Shown: piece after piece, positions 48,843-60,884 of the stretch
Layout of the letters: each line of letters opens with the position of its first letter
How positions within the stretch are numbered: position 1 is the stretch's first letter
From: Lophium mytilinum
Taxonomy: Eukaryota
Length of the DNA: 64,000 nucleotides
Assembly: GCA_010093605.1 (NCBI GenBank)
Contig: MU004185.1
Location: forward strand, 2,129,334-2,193,333
Direction of reading: 5' to 3'
Translations under genes and position numbers: made by a program
Notes under the pieces: model-generated
The model's input: the letters and a program-made list of their open reading frames with translations, nothing else
What the model was told of the DNA's origin: nothing
Databases searched by the model: none

Positions 48843-49622
48843 TCAAATCGTCACGCGCCTCGAAAAGACGCTCTCATTACGGTCGTGATCCATCATGTTG
48901 TCGTGCACAACGAGGTGTGCTGTAACCAGTCCCCGGCAGTATTGCCGTTGAGCTGTCAATCGCAGCGGACTCTTCACGAAGTAGTAATCTGGCAGAGTCG
49001 CCCAGCCACCCATTCCCGGGCCAGGGGAGCCGTAACGAATGTCGGGAATCCTCAACAGTTCACCGCTGCTCGCTGAGCTCTGATCGTCGCTGCGGTTCGA
49101 TTCGTTCGCTGTAGAGGTGACCGTGTCACTCTCAGCATGACCGAGAGCAGGCCGTCGTGCCGGCCAAATTGCCCGTTGCATTCCTTCTGAACCAACAGCG
49201 AAGAGGTCAGGTCGAAATCCTTCCCTAGTCATGATATATCCACCGTATCGAGTTTCAATGCGTTGGATTCCTTCTTGGCTACGTAAGGGGCATGGAGAAC
49301 ATTGTTCCATATCGTTTAGCTTGCGAGGCCTATCCAGGGTAACCTCATCTGCTGAACTCATGTTAAGAACGTCTTCGATAATTTGTTGTGTTCGAGCTGC
49401 TGCACCCTCGTCATCACTGCTTCCTTCCTCGCTGTCTCCGCTAAACGCACATCCACAACCGCACCGACAGCCACAGACGGTTATATTCAATTGAGGTGGT
49501 CGACCGTCGGGAGTTCCTTGGTAGTAAAATTCATTCATTTCCAAGTGTGTCATGGTGGCCCTTTTCCCTCGGGTGAGACTGGCACGTGTCAGCATGCTGG
49601 ATACGAATACATTGATCCACAA
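48843..49622 (-). CDS. Hypothetical protein (boundaries uncertain)
   Basis: 259-aa ORF with CGCRCGCGC and an acidic stretch; no recognisable family; the ORF-track start is not ATG. Confidence 0.35.
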   Translation of the reverse strand: MWINVFVSSMLTRASLTRGKRATMTHLEMNEFYYQGTPDGRPPQLNITVCGCRCGCGCAFSGDSEEGSSDDEGAAARTQQIIEDVLNMSSADEVTLDRPRKLNDMEQCSPCPLRSQEGIQRIETRYGGYIMTREGFRPDLFAVGSEGMQRAIWPARRPALGHAESDTVTSTANESNRSDDQSSASSGELLRIPDIRYGSPGPGMGGWATLPDYYFVKSPLRLTAQRQYCRGLVTAHLVVHDNMMDHDRNESVFSRRVTI

Positions 49623-51347
49623 TAAGAGATCGTATCATACTTCAACTAAGGCCGAACTATACCGCTGTATGGAAGACAAGAGAGCACAATGCAAAGGTAG
49701 CAGTTCGTAACGGCTATTGAATCAAAGGACCACCCAATGCTTGGCGTATAATAACACAGTCACAGAACGGTAAATGCTAAGTGGAAATGGACCATGAAAC
49801 GCCAAATTGAGTTTAATTTTATCTCCGAAATCGAGGTATGAATGTAATCGACGAAGAAAGCACAGGAGATTGCCCGCTATATGGACGCTGCTCCCAAGAC
49901 TCATCGCCCTGTCACACATCACCGCACGACATCACCAGCCCTGTGACCGATCGCCACGAGGCACCGTCTACTCACTGCGCGCGCTTCCACGGGACCAGCG
50001 CTCACCGAACCTGTGATTGAGCCTTTCCAAAGATTCAGGCATAAATTCAGGCAACGACCAGCGTGCCGCGGAATCTCTGCCTGCTTCCCCGACCGATCAA
50101 GCTTTCAACGAACCAATAGACCTCTAGACCCCTCGTCCACTGCTTTCAAAGCACCCTCAGTATCCGTGCCTACCCTCCGGTGAACGGCTATGACTCCAGA
50201 ACCTCGACGTCGCGACATCGCCAACTCTCAAACTCCGCCGCTCTTAACCGCAGGGTCCTAGCCAATCGCACTCCCAGAGAGACGACGGCTCGTACGACAC
50301 GTCTCCAGCACGCGAATTGTAAGTACCTGGTCCTGGTATAGCCGGCCGCCAGCGAGGCCGCCAGCTGTACAAGTTCACCGCGCTGGTGGTTCGCATATGT
50401 ACCCCGCAATGTGGGGCAACGTCTTGAGAACCACGAGCTGCGGCGGCCTCCGACGACCTACCTGTATTTCGAGCACCCATAGCCAAACAACCTTGGACGT
50501 GGAGCTGTTGACTGGTTGCCTCGTTTTATATCCCGTCCCGGCTACCAGGGCGCGCAGAAGCGTGACCGTCCGCGGCTGCGGTCGAGATCTCCGCGCAAGC
50601 CCCCCAGCGGCGCCACGAACTGCTGGCATGCGTTGTTTGCGTGGACTTGCTCATTCGGGGGTGTGACGTGCAGCTGGATGCCTGGTCGATCAGACTGATG
50701 AATGGCTGAGGTAGGGCACAGGTAGGCAGTGCAAAATTGGCTTACCATTGCTTGGAGTACTCCAATGAGGTTTTAAAAGAGCAGACGCAATGTCAGATTC
50801 CATACAGTGGAATCTAAGCTACTTCTTGAATGGCCCTGGGCTTCCTTTGGACCGGGGTCCTCCTGATGGTGGTGTTTAACTTCCGAGAGCGGCGCTCAGG
50901 CGGTAGTGTATTAGCGTGCTAGTATCTTCAAATAGGCCATAGGAGCCGCCAGCACCTCGTCCAAGATCCCTAGACATTGCCAGTTGAAGAACATTCCTTG
51001 GGAAAGGTGATCATAAGGTACTGTAGGAGGGTCCCTGATACAAAGTATTCCACGTAGGCTCCCCAGTGGAGCGTTTAGCGGGCTGTGAGATGAATTTGCT
51101 GTAGAGCTTTTTCCTTTCTGTATATACTCGTACTCTAGATAGATATCTCATACAACACGAGACAAGCGTTCTTACGCTCCTTTGAACCATTTGAACGCCT
51201 GCAACAGCGACTACCCAAAACGCCAGCCGTGATGTGCCAACGCGATGCATACAAACCCCGCAAAAACTATACACAAGAACGTTAAAATCTCGTTCCTCAT
51301 ACCAGACCTCGAATCGATTCTCAGCCCAACCCAACCTCTCCCCCTCC

Positions 51348-52279
51348 TCATTTATTATGCCACACAAAATTCCGCAGCGAGTCCCAATGGTCCGATTGCA
51401 CATAACTAATCCCAAATTAGCTTCTCTCCCCACCCCAAACCCAAAGCAAGGAACAACCCACATATAATGCATACTATTCCGCAAACTCGGCTGCACAGTC
51501 TCCGGATGCCACCGAAACATATACATGACAGCCGCCCAGCTCACACTCGCGAAAACCGGCCACCCCTGCCTCACCACCTCCCGCCTCACCTTCTCGTCCC
51601 CAATCAGCCCCCACCCGCCGCCGCCCCCCGCGATGCGCCCCTTCCCCTTCGGCTCCACCAAGTTTTTCGCGATTGCGAGCACGACCCGCGCGAATACGTA
51701 GATGACGATTTGCTGCGAGACGCTGTTGTGGATCGTGCGCCCGAAGACGGTGTAGCCGCCGACGAGGCCGGCGAGGAAGGCGTCCCAGTGCCGCTCTTTG
51801 CCCGTGGGAGAGGTGTGGCGCAGGAACAGCATGGAGGATTTGTAGACGAGGGCGAAGAGGCCGAGGTTGCGGGCGTGCATGCGGGTGGCGCGCAGGACGA
51901 GGAGGGTTTTCTGGCGGAGGGTGCCGCTGCGGAAGAGGAAGATCATGCTGGGGGAAGTGTTAGTGTGCGCGTTGGGGGCTTGGTGGAGGGGAATGGGGGG
52001 AGCTCGGATGCTTGGGATGCGCTGAAGGAGCGCGTGGAATAGGCAGATGTTTGGGTTTTGCGGTGCGGAGGGGATGGGACGTACACCAGTGCGTGTGGGA
52101 AGCGCACTTTTGATCCGTAGACGATTCCGTTGCGGATGCCTTTCACGAGGGTGAGGACATCGTGGTATTTGGGGTCTAGGACTATCTTCTCCAGCCCCGC
52201 CTGTGCTTAATCAGCTTTCTGTTTTCTTGTACGCCTTCCTCTAGCTTCTTCGTACCTGAAGCCCCTTCAAGTTATCCAT
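51348..52279 (-). CDS. Peroxisomal membrane protein 4 (PXMP4/PMP24, Tim17 family), 4 exons
   Basis: KGIRNGIVYGSKVRFPHALV|MIFLFRSG, ATRMHARNL, SVSQQIVIYVFARV, FASVSWAAVMYMF; last exon YVQSDHWDSLRNFVWHNK* after intron 51406-51461. Confidence 0.9.
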
Positions 52280-52848
52280 TATGTCGTGAGCTGCTCAATC
52301 GGTGTCCGGATGCGGACCTCGGCTTAATGCGTCGTTCGTAGGGGCGTGCTGCTGGGTGGGGTGGTGCGGCGGCGAGGTCGGCTGGGATAGGATGGAACGG
52401 GGGTTGGAAGAAGGCTGTTGTGAGTGTATCATGGGGAAATAAGGGCTAGAGGGGAATGGGTGGTGGTGAGTTTTGATCTGGAACCGCATGCGATGGCAGA
52501 GTGAATGACCTAGGTGGTTGGCCTCGGCTCTCTTTCTCCCACTCGACCTTGCGTTCTCCACAATGCGCTAGTGGGGTTCGGGCTGGGCTGGGGTTTGCAT
52601 GTGAAATCACAGGGAAGTAGACGGATTGACAACATCGGAACCGTATCTCGTGTTTATTTGGATGGTTTAGCAGTGGTCTCTTTTGGTATCGGATGCTGAT
52701 TCCCCGTCGTCTTCGTCTTTATGCCCATTTCTAAACCAGACTCTTTCCGTCAAGTCGATGCTGAATGCTGACTCGCCCACCCATTATCGAGAACCTTCTA
52801 CGCTTGAACGCCGCCCAATGCAATGCAGTACTCGCCGAATAGAACTCC

Positions 52849-53887
52849 TCATGGCCACCTCTGCACCAACCCCTCGTATATCGTGAATATGAAAGCCGAG
52901 CTTGGCGCGGCTCTTGCAACAGTAATTCCGCAACCGCGGTAGAGGCCTTTGACACCGTGCTGCTTCCACAGTGTTTTACCGACTGCACCGAACGTGCGTC
53001 GTCCACCCGCTATCTTGCTCACATCCTCTGTTTGCATCTGCGACTTGATGGTGTCGGCGGGATAGAAGACAAAGTTGTACGACATCCCCGCGAACGCACC
53101 GGCCGTCATTTGTTGCCAGATTGGAAGCGATTCGTCCTTTCCCAGCTTCGAGGAGCTCCCGAACTTGCGGAAGAGGATCTTTGTGCCTTCATTCGCGCCG
53201 AACCATGCGGAGGACCCTCCGGTTTCGCGGATGAGGGTCCCTAGCTGCCCGTGCCAGTATCCCCGAAGTCCTTGGTGACGGTATACGGATGCCATTATCT
53301 GAAGCGGGCCAGGACGCTGGAGATTGGCGGCGGAACTCTCCAATGGGACTTGCATCTTGCACTTTACAAGCTCAATTGGCGTGAGGAGGAAGGATGTGAA
53401 GGCGCCTGCCGCAGCACCACAAGCAAGCAGAGCGGTAAGAGGGAGATCCTCGGTAGCTGAGTACTCTGATGGATGGTATATAGTCGCTCTCATAGCATCC
53501 TTAGCCATTTGATACTGGAAGAGGTGTGAGTCAGGATTGCGAAGGCTCTCAACTGCGCAAAGGACGTACGGTCAGGAACATGCTGCTCATCTCGACAGCA
53601 GCTCCTACCAAAGGAGCGCTAATCCCGCGGTATAGTCCCAGGAACCCATCTTTTCGCAATGACTGCTTGAAGCAATCCACAGGTCCTGTGTAGCGAAGCG
53701 GGAGGTGGTCTGGCTGCGACTGCAAGCGGACCTTGACAGTGTCGAACGGGTACTCGATGTATTTCCCTACAATGCCAGATATGGCACCGCAAGTAATGTC
53801 CCTGACTGCTCTCTCGCCCTGTCCTGAAAGGTCTGTCCTTGGTAGCGGGTCCATGACCGGCTCCGGCATCGCTTTGGCGATTTCCAT
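52849..53887 (-). CDS. ORT1: Mitochondrial carrier, ornithine transporter type; intron 53515-53569
   Basis: Three carrier signatures ([33 protein letters not shown]); [17 protein letters not shown] is characteristic of Ort1/Arg11-like carriers. Confidence 0.85.
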
Positions 53888-54341
53888 AGTGGAGGGGTAG
53901 AACGACAGTGATTGTTCCCGCGGCAAACTTTCAAACGAATGCTATCGAGCGAGCATGGTGAATAGTAGCGGCGAAGACTGAGTGTGAAGGTGCAGCGAGC
54001 GGTGTGGGCTGGCTAATAAAGGCTGTCCTGTCCTTGTTGGCGCAAGAGTGGGTATTTGCCGGGCAGTGGTGAATCGCGACTGCGAAACCGGCTTGCTCAT
54101 TGAGACATAGTCAGGCGTGGCTGCAGGGCAACGGAACGGGCCAGTGCAGAGACAGAGTTTTTCTTTAGCCGTGAGGAGTTTTCTTGAAGCTTGCCTTCGA
54201 GCCATCGGCTTTCCCGCCCGCATCTGCGCTTCCCATTTAATCTTATCAGATCAGATTTCGACCCAGCCCAAACTTTTTCTCCCGCACGCCAAGCCCTTCA
54301 ATTCTCCACCAACCTACACCACCTCCCCCACGAACGAAGCT

Positions 54342-54812
54342 ATGTCTGTCGAAGCTGTCGCGACGTCCGTCGCGGCTCCTGCCGCTAAACCTGCAGTGCA
54401 AGGTATCCGCATAAATGGTACGTATGAAGTATCTGGAATTGCGAAGAACTAGGCTCTAATATTGCGCCATACAGGCAAGCAATGGCACGAAAAGAGGGCA
54501 CCCCTCCGTAAGAATGCCGGGTTGACCTCCTACCAAAAGCGCGCCGAAGACACCAAAGTTCTGGCTGCAATCAAGGCAAAGGAGAAGGAGATGAAGGATG
54601 AGAAGGAAGCCGAGCGACTAGTAGGACTCCACTACGGCCGCCCTACACGAACGGGTCTAATAAAGCTATAGAGGCGAGCGGAGATTATCAAGACCAGGAG
54701 AGCAGCCAAGGCGGAGAAGGAGCGATATGCGCAGATGGAGGAGAAGATGCACAAGAAGAGGGTTGAGAGGCTAAAGAGGCGGGAAAAGCGGAATAAGATG
54801 CTGAAGTCTTGA
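54342..54812 (+). CDS. CGR1: rRNA-processing protein Cgr1, 3 exons
   Basis: [60 protein letters not shown]. Confidence 0.9.
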
Positions 54813-55308
54813 GGAGCTATACCCTCCCAAAATCTGCGCTTGGAACTCTTGCCCTCAAGAGGGTATTTGCATGTTGACGGATGAGCCATGAGACACGAGC
54901 TTTTCCAAATGAGGTGGTCGCGACACAAGAAAGCAAACAACGGATTTGCTATAGCAGGATTGCTATATTCAGTCGGGTCTGATCTGAAGGATCTATGTGA
55001 ATCGCAGCTGCACATGTTGTCCGCAGGCTAAGGGCACTGGCGTGGGGATGAAAGAATCGCATTTGAGCCTTCACGGTGCTAAGAAGCTCCATAACGCTTT
55101 AGAGCTCTAAGCTGGAATTAATACCCAGATAATGAAATCTATCCTACAACACAACAAATTGCTAGTGAATAGCTCTACTTGGGTATCGTCGAATTTACAA
55201 CTGCAACCCGTTTCGGCATGGTACTCGCGCGGGCCATGACGTCTATGCTCAACCTCAACTCCAAGCTGCAACATCCTAATAAACCCCCAAACCACGCAAC
55301 ACCATGCC

Positions 55309-56484
55309 ATGGAAGCATTCAACCCACCCTTCGACCGCCCTTCGAAACCGCCCCTCTCCCGCTCCAACAGCTTCAAACCCACCGCGCCCCCGCGCGTGAG
55401 CACAGCTCCGCATACCTCCAAGAAGACGCATCACACCTCGCTCCACCGACACGGGCACCACCGCCATCACCATACCAAAGATGCCGTCCAATCCGCCATC
55501 CAACTACACGCGCCCTCGAGCTTCGGCGACCTTCTCAAACAAAGCAGCCGCAGCTCCATAGGGTCGCCGGCGCATAGCGCTGCGGGTAGCCGGGCGGGGA
55601 GTGTCGTGAAGGTAGACGGGAGCATAGAGTCGAAGCCCTTACAAGAAGAAACTATTGGGCCGGAGGATGTAGCTAGAGAGCGGGCGAGGGCGAAAATGAG
55701 GGAAGAGTAAGCACTATGTAGGAAGTATTCTAAAGCCAGCGACTATGCTAATGCTACTATAGTGAAATCCGCGCCCAGCTGCAGACTCTCTCTGAGTACT
55801 CTCTCAACAGCACCCGCCGCACGGACGATACGTACTACTCGATTCTGGAGAAAATTGCGGTGCTTCGGTCGACTATTGGGGAGCTGCAGGAGCTGTCGAA
55901 CTTAACGAAGGAGCTGCACGAGGACTTTCAGAATGATGCGGATGAGTTGGAGGAGGAGATAATTGGGCAGATGGATGGGTACCACGAATTTGAGCCGCAA
56001 GAACAGCAGATGGACGTGTTAGAAGAGCGGGTCAAGGCGGGTAGAGAGAAAGCTCGCGCTCTAAATGCGAGGCTGGATGACGCTCGGAAACGTGTCGACA
56101 TACGGGAGAGGTTGGAGCAGGAATGGGAGGTGAAGATCAATCGTGGGTTTCCTCTTCCAGACCTTTTGTTTATCAACCAAGGGCCTTTGCTAAGTGCGAT
56201 TCTCAGGACGATTGCGGATTCTATGGGGCATTCTAGGCACAATTGCCCTTATCTTCGTGCTACTTGTCCTAGTTCACCAATTCAGATTACCACCCAAAGA
56301 CACAGGGAAAGCCTCATCGACATCCAGGGCAAAATGGGACTTCAACGACGCATCAATACCCTCATCCGCAAGAGAAGTGCTGAGCAGCTGTCTTGCGCCA
56401 ACATCCAGCAGCCTGGCGGCACCAGCTCTGCCTGTGTCCCCATCACCGGTGGACCCTAGACTACGTTTGTTTGACGAACTATGA
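55309..56484 (+). CDS. Hypothetical coiled-coil protein with C-terminal transmembrane helix; introns 55707-55762 and 56143-56206
   Basis: Splicing gives a continuous frame: His-rich N-terminus, long heptad-rich region, TM segment ILWGILGTIALIFVLLVLV. Confidence 0.75.
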
Positions 56485-56735
56485 TAGCAATGATACCCCA
56501 AGAATACTTATCAACTGTAATGAAAGTAATATTTGTTCGTCGTACCATTGAGCAGTGCCATCTCGCAAGACCATGCACATGCATCACAGTGCTCGCAATC
56601 TGGCCAAAGCTGGCATCGGCACTCTCAGCGAGCGGAGTCACACCCTCAACAAGCATCCACCGCCATCCACGATCCTACAGCATCGTGGACGAAGCACACA
56701 TCGACGTGTAGCCCAGAACCATCAGCCCAGCCCAG

Positions 56736-58619
56736 ATGGCCCAAGCCATCGATGTCCTCCGCGCAACAGCCGCAGACCTCGTCACCCTCCTTCAGGATGG
56801 AAAGACCACCAGCGTGGAAATTGTCGAAGCATACCTCCGCCAAATTGAAAATCACAACCATGCGGGAGCAAAACTGCACGCTATCATCTCAGTGGCGCCC
56901 GTAAACCAACTTCACCGCGTAGCGAAAGCCCTCGATGACGAAAGGACAAGAGGCCAGGTTCGAGGTCCGCTGCATGGGGTACCCATTATCGTCAAGGTAC
57001 TCTTCTTGCATTCCAGGTTTGCGGTAGGCTTTGCTGATGTTCTAGGATGCGTTCAATACGCCAACTCTCAATATGCCGACGACAATTGGGTCGTTTGCGT
57101 TCGGGGATAGCAAGCCTCTGGTGAATGCAGAGCTTGTCGATGCTGTAAGTTAGTCTTTGGAATCAAAGCAGTGGTACTGATGGCTCGCATAGTTAATTGC
57201 GCAGGGGTTGATGGTGCTGGGGAAAGCGAACTTGACGGCATGTCCCAAATCACGTTACTTTTCGCGTACTAACCACCATGAATAGGAGTTCTGCGGATTC
57301 AAAGGGACCGGTGGCTGGTCGGCCGTCGGAGGCATGTGCCAGTCTCCATATATCCCAGGGGGTTTCAAGAAAGGCGAAAAGAGGAAAGGCGAGACGGTAA
57401 GGCGCTTTGGAAGTATGGTCTTGACCACTCGCTAATCTATGCCAGGCTCCGGGAGGTTCTTCCACCGGATCAGCAGTAGGAGTTGCCGCCGGCTTCAGCC
57501 CTCTCTCCCTCGGGACAGAGACGTCCGGCTCTCTGAACACACCAGCGAGCCGTGCCGCCCTCTATGCCCTCAAGCTAACCCCGGGATCGGTGTCCCTGGA
57601 CGGTGTATGGCAGGTGGCTGCATCTTTCGATACAGCTGGGGGCATGGCGAAATCGGTACTGGATCTTGCCCTTCTGAGCACTGTGCTGCTTCAGCACCAA
57701 GACCCGGGAAGACCGTCGCTCGTCGACGCTATGCAGAGGGATTCGACAGGTATCTCGGCCGGCTTTGTCGATATCGAGCTGTGGCGGCTCCCGGAAGACG
57801 TCCAGGGATGCGTGCCGGGCTACAACGAACAGAGCGTAAGTCATATCGAGCATGTCACTCACCTTCACAGCTGAAAGAGACTAGGCTCGCGAATACCAGG
57901 ACGCTATCGACCTGCTTCGGGCATCTGGAGCCAAGGTTGTGCATCCGGTGCACATCACACCTCCAGAGAAGTGCCTCGTAGAAGGCGGGACCGACGTCGA
58001 CGATCTCATGGTCGATATTATGCGGAGCCAGGCACGCGCGGGATGCGAGTTCTACCTCAAGAGCCTTGAAAACCCGAGAGTGAGGAATCTTCAAGACATC
58101 ATTGCATTCAACGCCGCGAACCCGGAAAAGGAGTTCGACGAAGGTATGTCTGCGCTTCCACATCACTCGAACTTCGCTAATTAGGGGCTGGCCACAGTCT
58201 TCTGCCCAAACCAATCCGGTCTGCTGAAAGCTCAGGAGATGTCTATGAGCAACGAAGCGACACAAAAGAACTTGCGAATCTGCAAGCAGTGGGCTGCCAC
58301 CGAAGGCGTCGACAAAGTCATCGAAGAACACGGTGTGGACGTGATTGTTGCACCGTGCGATAGCTTCTTCGCCGGCGTCGGCGTTGGGGCACGTAAGTTA
58401 CTTGACTCTCCTGAACTCAGGTCAGGCTGACATGTGATAGGCTACCCTTTGGCGTCCATTCCCTTCGGCTATGTGGAGAGCAGCGGACGGCCTTACGGAC
58501 TGCATGTCATCGCGAAGGCGAATGAAGAGGAAAAGATTGTTACGTTTATGAGTGCTTGGGAGAAAACGAAGCCGCCGAGGAGAGTGCCTGATCTCGATGC
58601 CCTTGTACGAGCGTTGTGA
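56736..58619 (+). CDS. Amidase signature family enzyme, multi-exon (includes a GC-AG intron 57238-57285)
   Basis: RGPLHGVPIIVKD, GKANLTEF, GWSAVGG, PGGSSTGSAVGVAAGFSPLSLGTETSGS (Ser-cisSer-Lys triad), GYPLASIPFG. Confidence 0.9.
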
Positions 58620-58761
58620 GATGGGAATTGAAATGCGTGCGCTTCGGGGTCTGAGACCAAAGTAAGGTGTCGAAGGAGCGGATTCTAGAGGATGCTAATA
58701 TGAAGGTGGTCTCATGGATATCTTGTTAACTTTCTATCCGAATCCCGTCTTATAACACCAT

Positions 58762-59850
58762 CTACAATTTTGCATGCTCATTTTCTTCGTTGACCAGCAC
58801 ATACCTGTACCTCGCCTTCCCATCCTCCATATCTACAATCGCCTGGTTGGCGTCCTTCATCCTCCTCTCCTGAATCCATGGCTTGACGCCCTTCTCGGCT
58901 GCAAACTTCAGCATCTCCTCGATCTCCGGCGGGCTCCCAATCTGGCTCCCAGCAATCTTGCACCCCTTCGCAATGAGAGCGAATGCAGAGAACGCCGGCA
59001 TCGGATCCTCGGGTGCTCCCACCTGCACGAAAGTGCCATTTGTCCTCAGCAACTGCAAATACTTCTGCAACGGCATATTCGGCCCCGACACCGTGCTGAC
59101 AATGATATCCAAACTCCTCGCGTGCTTCTTCGCCCACCCCCCGTCCTCAGTCGCGATGAAGTCATCCGCCCCCATCGCCTGCGCATCCTTCCTCTTCGCC
59201 TGCGTCCTCGAAATCGCAACCACCTTCTCACACCCCAACGCCTTCGCAAACAGCAACCCAAAATGCCCCAGCCCCCCCACACCCACAATCCCCACCTTCT
59301 TCCCCGGGCCCGCCCCGTTCTTCTTCAGCGGCGAAAACACCGTAATCCCCCCACACAGCATCGGCGCCACATCCCGACTCTCCAACGCCTCCGGAATCTT
59401 CACCACGAAATGCGCCGGCAGCCGAATCCGCTCCGCATACCCCCCATAGCTCTTACTCCCGTCCGCAAACTTCCCATTGTACGTCCCCGTGAACAGCTTC
59501 GCGCAATGCTGCTCCATCCCCGCCGCGCACTCCTCGCAGTCCGCCCGCAGGCAGCTCCCGCTCTGCGCCCCGACGCCCACGCGCTCGCCGAGCGTGAAGC
59601 GTGTGACTGAGGCGCCGATGCGGGTGAGGGTGCCGACGATTTCGTGGCCCGGGCATACGGGGTAGTTGGATTTGCCCCAGCCGGAGCGGAGGGTGTGGAT
59701 GTCGGTGCCGCAGATGCCGCAGTGGGAGATGGCGATGTCGACGTCGGTGGGGGTGAAGGGTTTGGGGGTGTAGGATTGCCAGACGAGGTTGCCTTGGGCC
59801 GATTTTTCGTCGAGGCCGAGCCAGCCGGTGAAGGTGTCGGGGGAGGACAT
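58762..59850 (-). CDS. NADP-dependent zinc alcohol dehydrogenase (cinnamyl alcohol dehydrogenase / Adh6-like)
   Basis: CGICGTDIH, GHEIVG, structural Zn CLRADCEEC...C, APMLCGGITVFSPL, GVGGLGHFG and GKARYRYVL. Confidence 0.92.
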   Translation of the reverse strand: MSSPDTFTGWLGLDEKSAQGNLVWQSYTPKPFTPTDVDIAISHCGICGTDIHTLRSGWGKSNYPVCPGHEIVGTLTRIGASVTRFTLGERVGVGAQSGSCLRADCEECAAGMEQHCAKLFTGTYNGKFADGSKSYGGYAERIRLPAHFVVKIPEALESRDVAPMLCGGITVFSPLKKNGAGPGKKVGIVGVGGLGHFGLLFAKALGCEKVVAISRTQAKRKDAQAMGADDFIATEDGGWAKKHARSLDIIVSTVSGPNMPLQKYLQLLRTNGTFVQVGAPEDPMPAFSAFALIAKGCKIAGSQIGSPPEIEEMLKFAAEKGVKPWIQERRMKDANQAIVDMEDGKARYRYVLVNEENEHAKL

Positions 59851-60884
59851 TGTGGGTGGTTGGAGAGGAGCGAGAGAGGAGGTTGGAGCTGCAGATAGAG
59901 AGTTGTATGTAGGTAGTCTAGTTGATTTAAGGGATAGGCGGGAAGTATGAGTGGTGTGACGTGCAATGTGCAATTGAGACAGAGAAATGTGTGGAATGTC
60001 AGAAGAAGAGGCGGGAAGTTAGTGAAAGAAGAAAAAAAGAGTTGCGGAACTAGACTCTGGTATAAATGTCCCTCGGCATCTCTTATCCAGCCCACTTCGC
60101 CGCCATTGTTTCGGCGGTGGCGTTATCCCTACCTGCTGCCATCCCGTAGGATTGCACCGCAATGCCCAACAGTAGAATGTGGGGCCTCGGAGGCAATGAC
60201 TTTTCTGACCTGGGAGTAAATGACGTTGTATATCTCCATACCTTATTATAAATCACTGTGGTGTTGTTGTTGACTTTTGGAGTGACGCAGTCATGGTGTG
60301 GGGGCTGTCGTGGGGCCGGCTCTCGGCTGGATAAAGATTGGCCGAAGACACGTGATACAAGGTAGCATATTTCGAAGGATGGAGTGCTCTATAGAAGGGG
60401 ATATGAATCAACCTAAAAATAGACGTTCACTTGGAACTCACTATGGCTTTACATGAAAAATGGACGATTTGGGGGCTGCAAGCTCTAGAGAGAATATATG
60501 CATCCCTGTATACACCAAGGTTACGTGATCCTTGGGGCATTAGCAAACAACGTGAGCCACCCCCGGCCTATCCAGCTCCACTCCATACTCTATGTTGCAG
60601 GCCGCACAACCTAAATCGACACGTCAATCCCACAAACTGAAATCTCCGAAAACGCTCCCCGAAATCCGCACCAAGTGGTCCTCATCTACAAACAAATCAG
60701 GTGGTATATGAGCGCGTAAAGCACCCCTTAATTACGTGGTGTACATGTACAAAGAACGAAGGAATGATGCTAGGGCATGTAGCCAACTGGGGGGGCCCAA
60801 AAGTAGCCAAACCAACGCCTGTGACTCCGCCGTACATGCGCGCTAAGAAGAAGAACAAAGAACGTATGCATTATGTGGTATCAG

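Noticed and set aside
51011..51400. C-terminal extension of the 311-aa PXMP4 ORF
   Set aside because: It is read-through of an intron; the spliced last exon ends at 51348 with the conserved-looking WHNK*.
56736..58619. Amidase as hxnN, the final amide hydrolase of the nicotinate pathway
   Set aside because: It lies 31 kb from the cluster among housekeeping genes, fungal genomes have many amidases, and I see no specific HxnN signature. Only a phylogeny could support the link.
58774..59610. Long antisense ORFs over ADH (also over LETM1, hxnY and PXMP4)
   Set aside because: They are shadows of strongly biased codon usage on the coding strand and have no protein-like features.
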